A DNA stretch of 64,000 bases. Source: Octopus sinensis. Its lineage: Eukaryota. A model generated the notes under the pieces. The model saw only the letters and a list, made by a program, of their open reading frames with translations. It did not search any database and was not told the origin of the DNA. The DNA lies in the NCBI RefSeq assembly GCF_006345805.1, contig NC_042998.1, positions 46,934,001-46,998,000 on the forward strand. The letters run 5' to 3'. The position numbers and the translations under genes are program-made. This document shows positions 25,606 through 38,453 of the stretch, in pieces (position 1 is the first letter of the stretch; each line of letters starts with the position of its first letter).

Positions 25606-26290
25606 TTATGGACTCTCCCGTCGGGTTTCAACGTATGATGATCCGACAACCTACATTTTCTTAGTCAGCCATAGTGCTTAGATCGAATATAACATTTGAG
25701 TCCTGCCTACGATTTGCAAAGATGCCCGCAGATATCGCAAGAATGAGAATTACAGGTCTGTACAGGTGATATATTCGTAGCTGCTTTTCTCCTTTGCCTT
25801 GCACACCTAAGTCTGTTAATTCTGGTTGAAAGAAAGTCTCTTATACCACTTATATCATTTTGACACGATTTTCTCCATTTTCTTCGCTCGAAAGATGTTT
25901 GCTCAAATGTGTTGTGCGCTGTATTGACTGCTGAGGAATTATTTTTCAGCTTGTTCTTATATCTGACCCATAGTCGACCAACATTCATCTGCCCACTATC
26001 AAGTTGGCATTACATGAAGACTTTGGGTATTCTTTTGCCAATCATTCTGACATGGCTAGCCCAGCGCAATAGCTCTCAATTCCACCAATCGGACACTTGC
26101 TAAACAAGTCGGCATTAGACACTTTGCCTTTTAGTGAATAATCGCAGATTGTCTTGAGACAGCCTCTGTTCAAGACGTCTAGTTGGTTAATGTACCACCT
26201 TTAGGGTGTCCACAATGCCGAGTCATACAAGAGTGTGGTGAAAATGCCAGCTTTGCAGATTTGTACTTTGGGGTCAAGTTTATTTCCTCT
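25606..26290 (-). pseudogene. RTE/BovB-like LINE 3' portion
   Basis: KVQICKAGIFTTLLYDSALW..LDVLNRGCLKTIC..KDKVSNADL and terminal CDICGHLCKS*AGLK zinc finger. Confidence 0.8.
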
Positions 26291-26519
26291 TTCTTTCCAT
26301 AGGCGTACATGAGTGTATAAAATATACACAGAGACATTTTATTCTATCAAACATTTTGTTCTATCTAAACCAAATCATGTCAACTTAACAAAACCAGAAT
26401 TCCCAGAGGTTTTAATTATCTCACTTATACCGAAAAGATCCCTGATTACCTCCTCCTGTTTCGAACTCTTCTACATCACACCGTAACGAATAGATGAAAC
26501 AATATCGATAAAGAAATTT

Positions 26520-26558
26520 GAGAAATTTGAAAAGAAAATGCGAAACCGGTTATTTCTC
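26520..26558 (+). ncRNA. Minimal type I hammerhead with U3-A8 core, predicted cleavage after U26551
   Basis: Stem I gagaaau/auuucuc (7 bp); UUGAAAA; G-aaaaug-C; GAAAC-cg-GUU. Confidence 0.65.
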
Positions 26559-26787
26559 TCAAAACTATGTCACTATACACAAAATTTTATACCCTTTTAC
26601 TAACACGAGGATTTTAACATAATTTTTAACAATATAATACTAATCTTCTGTAGTTTTTTCATTCTATTTTGCTTTTTATTCATCCAATCACGTGTTTCAC
26701 ATACCAACTCTCTCACCCATATATATATATATGCGTGTGTGTGTGTGGTTATATATATATATATACATGCATACCCCCCGCCACATA

Positions 26788-27139
26788 TATATATGAAAGA
26801 AGGTTTGAAAATGCAATTTTAAAAGGTATTTATTCACTTGATCGGTTTCACTTTTTTAGAAAAAGATTGTCAAAAGTAAAATGTAAAAGCTTTGTAAAAC
26901 CTTTTTGTGTTAAATACTGGTTGTCACAAATATCACAATACATATATACATTCTTTGATAATAATAAGAATGAATGTAAATATGTATTGTAATATTTTGT
27001 GACAACCAGTATTTAACACAAACAAGTTTTTACAAAGCTTTTACATTTTACTTTTGACAATCTTTTTCTAAAAAAGTGAAACCGGTCAAGTGAATAAACA
27101 CCTTTTAAAATTGCATTTTCAAACCTTCTTTCATATATA
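26788..27139. repeat. Near-perfect palindrome with about 175-bp arms, each containing a hammerhead motif
   Basis: atgaaagaaggtttgaaaatgc..ggttgtcacaaa mirrored by tttgtgacaacc..gcattttcaaaccttctttcat. Confidence 0.9.
27047..27094 (+). ncRNA. Type I hammerhead with U3-A8 core (inverted copy at 26833-26880 on minus has GUC changed to AUC)
   Basis: Stem I uuuacuu/aagugaa; UUGACAA; stem II cuuuuu/aaaaag with a U.U closing mismatch; GAAAC-cg-GUC. Confidence 0.6.
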
Positions 27140-27179
27140 GTTCCACTCGTGCGGTATCTTACAACTTTACTTTGTTATA

Positions 27180-27357
27180 TATATATCCCGTCGCACGCCA
27201 CTTCCGCTCGGCCGGCCATTCCCTAGATGACATCTCAGTGTTTGGTCTCGCCCCCCACAATGGTCGCCCACTTTCCAGGCTCCACTTGGAGCAACGCTAC
27301 ATCTTCACCCTACAAACTACCACCCCACACGGACTTAACACAGCCCCCTCCTCTTGA
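27180..27357 (+). pseudogene. Penelope-like element GIY-YIG endonuclease C-terminus
   Basis: PVARHFRSAGHSLDDISVFGL..RLHLEQRYIFTLQTTTPHGLN is a typical PLE endonuclease end. Confidence 0.8.
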
Positions 27358-27379
27358 GATCCGTCTTTTTTTTTTTTTT

Positions 27380-29380
27380 TTTTTCCCCGATACACCACCC
27401 ACACACACCCACCCACCTACCTCCCACACACGCCTGTTCACACCACACACATACGTAGACCCATCTACGTACACCATTCACACACATTTAATCACACCAC
27501 TTACAGACATACATGCACACACTAACATACAAACCACAACATGCACATACACACACACATACATACATACACACACACATACATACTACTTACACACACA
27601 CACACACAGACATACATACACACATACACACACACATACATACGCACATACATACACACACACTCACACACACACACCGCACGTACATACTTCACACACA
27701 CACACATGCACACATACATGTTGGCACATACATACATATATACCCACACATGCACACCCTTACACTGAATGCACACACACATACACCTTTTTGCATCCAG
27801 GCAGCCCCCCTCTTTTCTGCTTTCCGGTTTTGGCTGATGGATCCTCGGTTCCCGCGTAGCGGGGCGTTCGAGGGCCTTTGCGCTCGCGCGCCTTGGCGCG
27901 CGCTGGGGGCTTGGTCGGCCCCTTGGGCTTGCGTTGTACTGCTTGTGCGTTGTGTGCGTGAGCGCGCTTCGTGTGTGTGGGCTTGCTTCGGATGTGCGCG
28001 TGCGTATGTATGCATACATACCCACACACTCGCATGCATCCCTACCCACATACATACACGCACACCTACTCACACACACACATACACACACACATACCCG
28101 CACACACACATACATACATACACACACATACCTACTTCAGACATACACACACACAGACATACACCCATACACTCACACTCACACGCATACACACACACAC
28201 ATACACACGCACACGTACACATACACACACACACACACACACCTACATACATACATTACACTTGTATACACACACACTTACATTCATACACACACACACC
28301 TACACAGCCATACCCTCACTCAGACACCCACATCTACCTACAACACACACACAAAACACACAGACACACACCCATACATACATACATCTACACACACACG
28401 CCTACACACATACATCACACATACATAAAAACACCACATACACATACACACACATACGCACACACACACATATACTTATACACATGCACACACACACACA
28501 TACATACATACACCCATACACATACACACACACATACCTACATACTCCTATACGCACATACATACACAGACATACACACATACACACTCACACAAACATA
28601 CACACACACACACATACTTACACACACACTCACCTGCACGCGCACACACATGCATGACAAACCCCATACACTCACACTCACATACGCACACACCAACATA
28701 AACACGCACACGCACACACACACCTACACTCCCACACACATACACACGCACCTACATACACACACCCACGCACGCATACACACGCATACACATACATTAC
28801 ACACACGTACACACACACCTACATACACATGCATACACACACACACAAACATGCACGGACACACCCATACATACATACATACACCTATATACACACGCCA
28901 CACACCTACAACATACACACACATATACACACGCCCACAAACCTACATACACACACATACATACACACACATACACGGACACACCCATACATACTTACAT
29001 ACATACACCTATACACACACGCCTACACACCTACATACACACACATGCATACACACACACATGTACGCACATACACACACATATACGCACATACATATAT
29101 ACCCACACACATGCACACACACCACATACGCACATGCATGCATGCATGCACACGCGCACACCTACACGCATAAACACACACACACACACGCACGTACACA
29201 TACATACATACAAACACGCATACATACACCCATACACACATACATGCATCCTACACACACATACATACACACACTCACACATACATACACACACACCACT
29301 CACTCACACACCTGTATGTACGCGCACACACATGCACATACACACACTCCCCCACACCCACACGTACATACATACCCACT

Positions 29381-29411
<31 letters not shown>

Positions 29412-30080
29412 GGACATACATCTATGCACACACATATATACACACATACTCACATACATTCATCGGACACACTGCCACCCAGACATACACACAGACAACA
29501 CTCAACATCCACACACATACATACTTACGCTCATACTCGCAGGCGCGCGCACACACGCGCTTGCGCCGGTTCGCGCACGCATACGCGCCGCATGCACCTC
29601 GCTCTTGGACCCGACGAGACCTCCCGCCCGTCCCTGGGACCGTCGCTTGTCGTTGGGTTTTCCCACGCCCGTCTCCGCGGGACCACTCTTCCATCTTCCC
29701 CTCAGCTGGAGTCCTTTTTTCCTTAACCCTCCCCTTTTTCGTTACACACACATGCGCACACATATACACACATTGCTTAAATATATACATTACTCTTACA
29801 CACATTCAATCTACTCTCGCATTAATACTACCACGACACTGGACACACACCACACTACTACTCAACACACGCTGCACGCTACATACGCCCCCACCCCTTC
29901 CCCTCCCCCCTTCCTCCTTCCTTCTTTTTCTTACTACTGACCTTTGTCTGCTATGCTGACCACTGTCTCGCCCTACCTCACACGCCTACACACACAGACG
30001 CACACACTAACACATACATATATTTTTTGTTTTTTTTATCTCGCCTCACACACACACATACCACACGCCCACATGCACAC
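27380..30080. repeat. About 2.7-kb degenerate (CA)/(CATA)-rich tract with two GC-rich islands
   Basis: Source of the 737-aa HT-repeat ORF; islands at about 27790-28010 and 29530-29720. Confidence 0.85.
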
Positions 30081-30273
30081 ACTCACACATACACACACAT
30101 CTGTTGCGTTACCAACCTTGTCTCCACTCTTTTGCCTTTAAAAACCTACTTTGCTCTTGTTATCGTAAACTTCCGCCTTTCACCATGTGTAACTCGTAAA
30201 CACCAGTCGTTTTTTTTCTCTATCCCTGTTGCCGCCTTTGGGATCTTTCTTTCCTCCTCTCTCTTCCTTTTAT

Positions 30274-30308
30274 GTTTCCGACGAAGAGCTCCGCTCGAAA
30301 CGTCATAC
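30274..30308 (+). ncRNA. Decayed PLE-type hammerhead (U4C; extra A after A9)
   Basis: guuu-CCGACGA-A-GAG-cuccg-CUC-GAAAC-GUC-auac; followed by ctgagcgc..taata as in the 44453 family. Confidence 0.55.
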
Positions 30309-30490
30309 CTCCCTGCTTCCTTTTCCTGAGCGCCTATTAATAATAATACTGTAATTGTTCCATTTTGTTGTTTTTTTTTTGTTTTCCCGTTTGGATTAAA
30401 ATTATATATTATATATTATATATATATATATATATATATCAGAAAGAAATATCTAAGAACGCACAGGAGGTTTGTATAATAAAATTTATG

Positions 30491-31546
30491 CTAATATTAA
30501 TATCATAATGAGACAAAGAGTTTTGTATTACAACATTATATAATAAACTGGGAGTACCGGTTTCGCATCTTACGCTTATCAAACTTCCAAAGTCTCAGTT
30601 TGAACTCATGGGAACGAACGCCATTTTTGTTGTTGAAAATAATTTTTGAAGTCAAGGGATATATCTATTTTATTTATCTGAAACATTCAACACAATCATG
30701 CAAAACTTACCAATACTGCATAAGAATTTTATGTTACCTTAAAATAGTCAAAAGCAACAAATAGCCCAAGTCACTTAAGAAAATACTAACAAATGCAAAA
30801 TAACTTCCAACTACAACCAATGCAAATGTGAAAAAAATGTAATCGCTCAAACTGAGAAACATGCCCCAACCTTTTGGAAGAGTCAGAATACCCTTTAAAT
30901 CAAGTGCAACACTTTACAATCAAATCAGATTTCACTTTGCCTCTGAAAACGCGATCAGATGTTCGAGCTCCCAAAAAGATTATGTCAGAAGTACAGAAAA
31001 TTCTTTTCGCCGCCGCTGTACAATGTACCGGCAACAAATAGCTTCACCACAATATCACCAGATATATCTCAGCGAACATATTGACGTATGTACTAAAAAA
31101 TTGCAACCACAGTTCTATATATTCTCTCTGTACAAATTTACTGACTGGATCTCAACACAAGCTCGTCTTAATAAAGAAGCCTCATTCATCCAAAAATATA
31201 AACCAGTCAACCCTCACCAGCACAGAACAACAATCAATTCTTCTCTCCACCCTTGAAATATTCGTAAATAACCCCCTAAAACTTATGTATATATCTCACA
31301 TATCTGTATATATTCAGAATATCAGTCCAAAGACCCTAACAATATTTTGAAAGTAACTTGTAATTTTCAGATAATTTGAAGAGTTACATCCCTTGACTTC
31401 AAAAATTATTGACAACAACAAAAATGCCGTTCCCATGAGTTAAAACCGAGACTGGAAGTTTGATAAGCGTAAGACGCGAAACCGGTACTCCCAGTTTATT
31501 ATATAATGTAATACAACTCTTTGTTTCATTATGATATTAATATTAG
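30491..31546 (+). mobile_element. Penelope-like element fragment with GIY-YIG relic flanked by inverted pLTR-like arms (30491-30664, 31385-31546)
   Basis: Internal frames KSPKSLKKILTNAK..CNRSN*ETCPNLLEESE, KDYVRSTENSFRRRC and LSEHIDVC..RLNKEASFIQKYKP; arms are reverse complements. Confidence 0.85.
31451..31495 (+). ncRNA. Type I hammerhead with U3-A8 core (inverted copy at 30547-30589 on minus)
   Basis: acuggaag/cucccagu stem I (one extra U before the core); UUGAUAA; stem II GCGU-aag-ACGC; GAAAC-cg-GUA. Confidence 0.55.
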
Positions 31547-31989
31547 TCTTAGATATCTACAACCACGTGGAAACAAAATCTATCACATTTATGTTATATA
31601 TACGAAACTTATTACTTATTACTAGTAAAAGTAACCGGATGCAAATGACTTCGCTAGATGCCTATGCTACAGAAACGTGCTTTGGGCAAATTGAAATCAA
31701 ATATGCTCTAATTGACAGTAGAGATAATTATATAAAATCAAGCAGATGTATTAATCTCTGTATTTCATTGTTACTGCATTGGATATACAGCAAGTTAAAT
31801 ATACATAATCTAAAGAAGAGAACTCAGGATTAACCCGTAGGATAAAATACAGTGGGATTGCTTACCTCAAGTAATTGTAGGTGAATATTACAACTCGATG
31901 CAGTTAGATTTAGCATGGAGTGTAACTAAGAGCTTGAATGGTATCCGCCTGGATATTGTATCCCTATCTGTTCACTATATGTATATATT

Positions 31990-32385
31990 ACTCTTTTTAT
32001 TCTTTTACTTGTTTCAGACATTTGACTGTGGCCATGCTGGAGCACCGTCTTTAGTCGAGCAAATCGACCCCAGGACTTATTCTTTGTAAGCCTAGTACTA
32101 ATTCTATCGGCCTCTTTTGCCGAACCGCTAAGTTACAGGGACGTAAACACACCAGCATCGGTTGTCAAGCGATGTTGGGGGACAAACACAGACGCACAAA
32201 CATATATACACACAGACATACATATATATATACATATATGCGACGGGCTGCTTTCAGTTTCCGTCTACCAAATCCACTCACAAGGCCACTCAGTTGGCCC
32301 GAGGCTATAGTAGAAGGCACTTGCCCAAGGTTCCCGGAACCATGTGATTGGTAAGCAAGATACTTACCACACAGCCGCTCCTACT
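31990..32385 (-). mobile_element. SINE family B, near full length
   Basis: Family B consensus with internal (TA)/(TG) tract. Confidence 0.85.
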
Positions 32386-32392
32386 CCTATAT

Positions 32393-32435
<43 letters not shown>

Positions 32436-32619
32436 CCTTATAATTTAAGCGCTAGGGAGAATAGCTCTTTTACGTTTTTACTTTTTTACACTTTTTAGAT
32501 ATTTTGTTTTCGTCTTCCGTTTTTTACCTTCTGCGTTTTCTGTATGCTACATTCTCAGTGTTTTCGCGTTTCTTCTATTATTCAATTTTTTTGTTGTTGT
32601 TCGTTATGATATGAAGGAT

Positions 32620-32674
32620 ATGCTTGAAGAATATGTTTGAGATATTTCTCAACATATGAAACTATTAGTAGATG
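32620..32674 (+). ncRNA. Decayed hammerhead-like motif in a PLE-like pLTR
   Basis: UUGAAGA; stem II auauguu(u)gaga/ucucaacauau; GAAAC-uauua-GUA; stem I mostly lost. Confidence 0.45.
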
Positions 32675-32721
32675 TAAAGACATGTACTGAGTCCTTCGAA
32701 TATGTATGTGTGCGTTTGTGT

Positions 32722-32762
<41 letters not shown>

Positions 32763-33549
32763 TGTGTGTGTGTATGTGTGTGTGTGTCTAGTAAACTAAT
32801 AATAACCACATTTGTCAGTAGAGTAAATCAAGCACGGAAAGTAAAGAAAAAAGCAAAGATGCAGCTGAATTCTATGAAACAGAAAATAACATGGATGAGA
32901 AATTATTTATTATTCATCGCTAGAGAATATCAAAAGAGATCGCAATTTGTATCAGAGTAAAAGAAAGCTACCAAGTGTAGAAGGATCAGAGGTATAGTGA
33001 AACATAAGCGGACAATAAAAATGAATATAAATAAATAATAAAAAAAAAGAATTAAAAAAAATATTAAAAACAAAACAAATGATGTGTTAATAGCAAATGG
33101 TAACTGATGTGAAAAGGTTTGTCATATGTATGTAAAGAAAAAGAAACCATCAAAACGAAACAAACCAATAAGTAAATAAAATCTGAAAAAAAAGAAAGCA
33201 AGAAGTAAAGAAAAAATGTAACACGAAAATGTTGACGTGAAGTCTATCTGTCTCTTAGTATGTAATTAATTTATGGTGAATGCTTCACTTGATAATGGCA
33301 TTGAAGGGTGATATGTTTGAGTATGAATGTCAAATGTTGTAGCTGTTTGTGTACCCCTCGGTGTTTGTTAACCCTTTCAAATTTACTGCTGTTGAAAGAA
33401 TCGCTAATAGATATGTAATATATTATATATGTGTGTTTATATATATATATATATATATATATAAACACACATATATATGTATATATATATATATATACAT
33501 ATATACACACACACACACACAAGCACACATATATAAGATATACATAATT

Positions 33550-33855
33550 GGAGGCACATGACCTAGTGGTTAGAGTAGTGGAAACGCGCTCGAGGGATCG
33601 CGGGTTCGAATCTCAGATCGGGTGGTGTGTGTGTTTATGAGCGAAACACCTAAGCTCCACGCGGCTCCGGCGGAATGTAATGACGAAGTTCTACTGACTC
33701 TTTCACCACAACTTTCTTTCACTCTTTCCTCCTGCATCTAGCAGCTCACCTGCGACGAACTGATGTCCTATCCAGGTGGGGAACCTGTACACCAATAAAA
33801 CCGGGAAACCAGCCCTTATGAAGCAGGCATGGCTCGAGAAGAAACAAACAACAAT
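33550..33855 (+). mobile_element. SINE family C-related copy with a third tail type
   Basis: Head ggaggcacatgacctagtggttag; shares gagcgaaacacctaagctccacg. Confidence 0.75.
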
Positions 33856-33914
33856 ATGCATATATACTTATATATAATTGTGTGTGTGTATATATATACA
33901 CAGACACACATACA

Positions 33915-33967
<53 letters not shown>

Positions 33968-34192
33968 TCTTTATTGCCCATAAGGAGCTAAACATAGAGG
34001 GGACAAACTAGAACAGACAAAGGGACTAAGCCGATTACATCGACTCTAGTGAGTAACTGGTACTTCAACCCCGAAAGGAGGAAAGGCAAAGTCGACCTCA
34101 GCGGAATTTGAACTCAGAACGTAGTGGCAGACGCAATACCGCTCAGCATTTCGCCCGGCGTGCTAACGATTCTGCCAGCTCGATTCTGCCTT
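33968..34192 (-). mobile_element. SINE family A monomer with tail type 2
   Basis: Tail ends gggcaataaagaat in (TA)n. Confidence 0.8.
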
Positions 34193-34208
34193 AGTGTATG
34201 TATGTATG

Positions 34209-34241
<33 letters not shown>

Positions 34242-37042
34242 ACACACACACAAACATACACATATATATATATATATATATATACGTATATACATGCGCA
34301 CGCATACATAGTAATTAGTAATACCAATGCATTTCTAAAATCATAAAATGGAGTTAATTACTATGTAAATATTGTGTGTCAATGTATGCATGCTGTGGAT
34401 GGCGAGGTTAATCTTTTATTACTTTTTATTCCTTTTTACAGTAAAATTCCCTCGACCCTTCAAAAGCATGAATGTTGAAATATTTTCAGTATAAATGCTA
34501 ATATATAAGTATCTGATTTTCAATATGGCGAATATTTTGCTCTGTAAAGCTTTTACATTCCTCCACTGAACTCTCTCATTTCCTTTTGTGTATAAATATA
34601 TTATATTAACACATCTATCCTTTTTGTCATTGATTCATTTATCACCGATGGAAGATAACAAAGTACATTCAATTGTTACGTGTTACGCTTAACACGAATT
34701 GAACTGTGATAGCAGGGGTCGGTGATCAAAGGCTGCATAGACCACAAAAAAATGCGCCCCAGCAACCATTCACAATACTGGGGTCTCGAAACGAAACTTA
34801 TTTTCCCCTATGTTCTATTATTTATTTGTCACTGATTTACAAATTACATTTTTTGTGGAACAAAACACCTGTAATAAACGAGGATGGATGTATATAATTT
34901 AAGGGCATATGTTTCCAAGAACTAGATATCAGGCAATTAAGAGCCTAGGTCATTTCTCTACGGTAACCTTTAATAAAACTAAGAGGAGTAATATGACAGA
35001 CCATATTGAGGCAGGGACTAATTACAATTGAAAATTGCACTTGGTACAGTTGATACAGTTTAAGGTTTAATGCTTTCAACATAACTAATACATTGGTCAG
35101 TATGGGGTTTATTGCAGACACTCAACGAAGGTACTGAGCATTGAGACGAAACACGAAATTCCAGTCATTATATGCTAGTTATGCTCTAATTGACAAGAAT
35201 ATCAAATTTCAATGAAGAATTCAAACATTTTAAATGTAGAAAACATTTTTATATTTTGATTCAGAAGTTTTAGCTAACTATTTCCTTGACTTAGTACATT
35301 GCCTTCAGAAGTCAGAAATTTATAAATGTGTAAATCTTTAGTAAAATAAAGGGGATCAATTAGATTTACGCAAATTTACATAAGAGCAACTGCGTATATT
35401 TTTGAACAGACGGGTTACTCCAAAAAATCTCATGTAATTTAACTGTTCAGATCAGCGGAAAATACAGAGTTGAAATGCTATAAATCTTCGCTTCCTTCAT
35501 ATAATTGTCATTCTTTATCAAACTATTTACAAAACATTCGGCGGAATATCATCTGAAGAAATGGTGATTATGTAAAAATGCAAATTTACATGATTTTATT
35601 TGTTAAGGTATGCAACTCTACTCGTATATGGAACAAACACGCTGTTGGAACACTTGTAGTGATTCGTTTGATTCCTATTTACTGTATAATTTTATTTCAT
35701 TTTTGGATTTGGTTTGCAAGATTCTTTATATGAGTTTGTGTGTTGAAGCATATTCTGTTGTGTCTGGGGAGAATCATTTTCTTTTTGTGCCTTATAGTTT
35801 AACACACTCACCGGTAAAATTTGCACTTATTTCTTATTTTTATTTTCCTAAAATTTTCGTTGCGTCTTGCACACTTTTCAATAGTCAGTCCGTTATTTAC
35901 ACTGCGTTCCTTTTTGTTTGTTTGTGCGCATGTGTGTGGGTCAGTGTTTGTGTGTGTGCCTATGCATGCATGCATGTACATATGTATGTGTGTATATATG
36001 TATGCATGTGTATGTATATATGTATATATGTGTGTATATGCATATGTATATATGTATGTATGTGCATCAGTATGTATGTAGCCTGCATATTCATGTGCTT
36101 GCATGTCCGTATTTGTGTATTTTCTACGTATGTGTGTGTGTGTGCGTGTGTTTGTATATGTATGCACCTCTGTCTCCTTGTGTATGCATGTCTGTGTGTG
36201 TGTGTGTGTTATAATTTTATATGTATGTATATGTATATGTGTGTGTGTGTGAATCTATTTGTGAGTGCGAGTGTGTGTGTACATATGTTTGAGTGCATGC
36301 ATTTATGTTTGTATTTGTATCCTACTGTCTTAAAAGGGATAAGATGATCAAACTTTGAATGCTTCTTCCGCTACGACCCGGAACTAAAATTTATCTAAAA
36401 TATTTCACGAGCAAAGGTGGGGGGGGCATTTATTTGGTCACGCAAAAGATGACTGCAGCCGAAAGGCCTTTCATCGTAAGTCTGTTTGATCAGGGTACAC
36501 ATAGAACTGAATAAAAATTGAAGAAGTCCTTAAACGCGCTTTTCTTCCCACGAAATGGGTGGGAAGAGACAACACGTCTCCTGCGTGCATAAACGGGCCA
36601 ATATTATATACTTTAATGTACTAAAGTCTTTTTCTCCGAACATGCGCTGCCTAATTGATGGTCTGTCTTTTATCCCATTAAATACGGTACTTTCACATAC
36701 ACAGAAATATTTACACGCATCTGTTTGCTAATAGGAATATATCTGGTATTAGATGTAAATGATCTGAAGAGGAAGCGTCTACGACGTCGGTCGACCCGTT
36801 AGACAGCGTCCAAATCGCATTTAAATAAGACTCGTGTCTTAAAAATAGGTAAGATATGTGGCCGGAATGCTCTTCATCACACGTCGGTTCAATCAAGCCT
36901 GACGCGCAACTAGAGAACAGCGACAAATAACAGATTTACATATTTTCATATCTTTGAATAAACCCATCTGTAAGAAGCACATACACACATTCGTCTCACG
37001 CTCTTTCTCTCTGCGTATATTACGTATATTATAAATATATAT

Positions 37043-37160
37043 CACGTGATCACGTGACCGACCAGACCATCAGATGTTGTTACACATCGCTGGTCACAAT
37101 GCGTTCGCATTGTTTTAGCCTTCGAATGACGCCAGCCCGCTGGCTAAGCGAGCAGGCCAT
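37043..37160 (-). mobile_element. SINE family C 3' fragment
   Basis: Matches tail C1. Confidence 0.8.
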
Positions 37161-37248
37161 AAATATATATATATACAAGCGGACAGATGAATTCGACTTA
37201 TTTAGTATATATGTGGATGTCCGCTTGCTTTACATGGTACAATCATGG

Positions 37249-37313
<65 letters not shown>

Positions 37314-37613
37314 ATTAATATTAATTTTTTGACTTTTTGTGTGGTTATACATTTTAATGAACTGGACTGTTAAATATATATGTCTGTTTTAAATTTAAAT
37401 GTGAGTGTACATGTATTTCCTTGATATTGGTTATACAACTATGAGTTCAATATGGAGAATAATTGTGTTTGTTAATGTATACTGATATATATTGTTAATA
37501 TTGTATTAATGTGTATATATATATGTGTAGAATTATGAGTGTCTATGCACACATTTTTATATATTTTTATTTTTATATTTATATGTAAATTTTTTTCATA
37601 CTTACATTAAATT

Positions 37614-37722
37614 CTCTGAAGAGGCCGTGAGACATTCTTGTTAATGTCTCATTTATACCTGCTTCATATGGCTAATAGGTTAAATGGGACATACCTGTCT
37701 TCACGGCCGAAACAGCTGTCAG
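37614..37722 (+). ncRNA. Type I hammerhead with branched stem II, predicted cleavage after C37720
   Basis: CUGAAGA; GGCCGUGA/UCACGGCC; GAAAC-agcu-GUC; stem I only 2 bp (cu/ag); aataaa about 90 nt downstream. Confidence 0.7.
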
Positions 37723-38250
37723 CTACGATGTAATTGTATTTTCTATTTCTATTTCTATGTCTAGTTATATTTGTAATATATTATGTATAATGTCATTGCT
37801 GTTGTGTAATAGTTTAATAAAGTATTGATTGGGTATTATCTGATGGTTGATGATTGATTTAGGTATGTTTCTCCATTTTCTCATTTTGTATATATATATA
37901 TATATATATTTATAGCTTGATTCGGATATATCTGTACATGGTACAGTAATGTGAATAATTGTGTATATAATTTTGTGGTGACGTGATGGAAGTTATACAC
38001 ACACGCACACATACAGATAAATAAATAGACAGACAGACAGATAGATAGGTAGATAGAAAGATAGGGCGTTACTAATCCATACACCTATCAGTATAGGAGA
38101 AACAAATAAAGTTGAAAAAGTGCATAGAATATATATTGAGTTTATTGTTGTCATATATAATTTCTGTGTATTTTCATCCTCATTTATTTCATATAATGAT
38201 TATTACGATGATGATGATGATGATGAAGGTGATAAATATATATACCTGTC

Positions 38251-38295
<45 letters not shown>

Positions 38296-38415
38296 ACACA
38301 CACACACAGACACCTATATATATATAATAATAATATGACCTCGATACTATGTAAATAGAAGAATTTATCTGTAATATATTATATTATATTATATATACAT
38401 ATATATATATATATA

Positions 38416-38453
<38 letters not shown>

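Noticed and set aside
27513-29726. 737-aa His/Thr-rich ORF
   Set aside because: Translation of degenerate (CA)/(CATA) repeats, which lack stop codons; no domain and no start context
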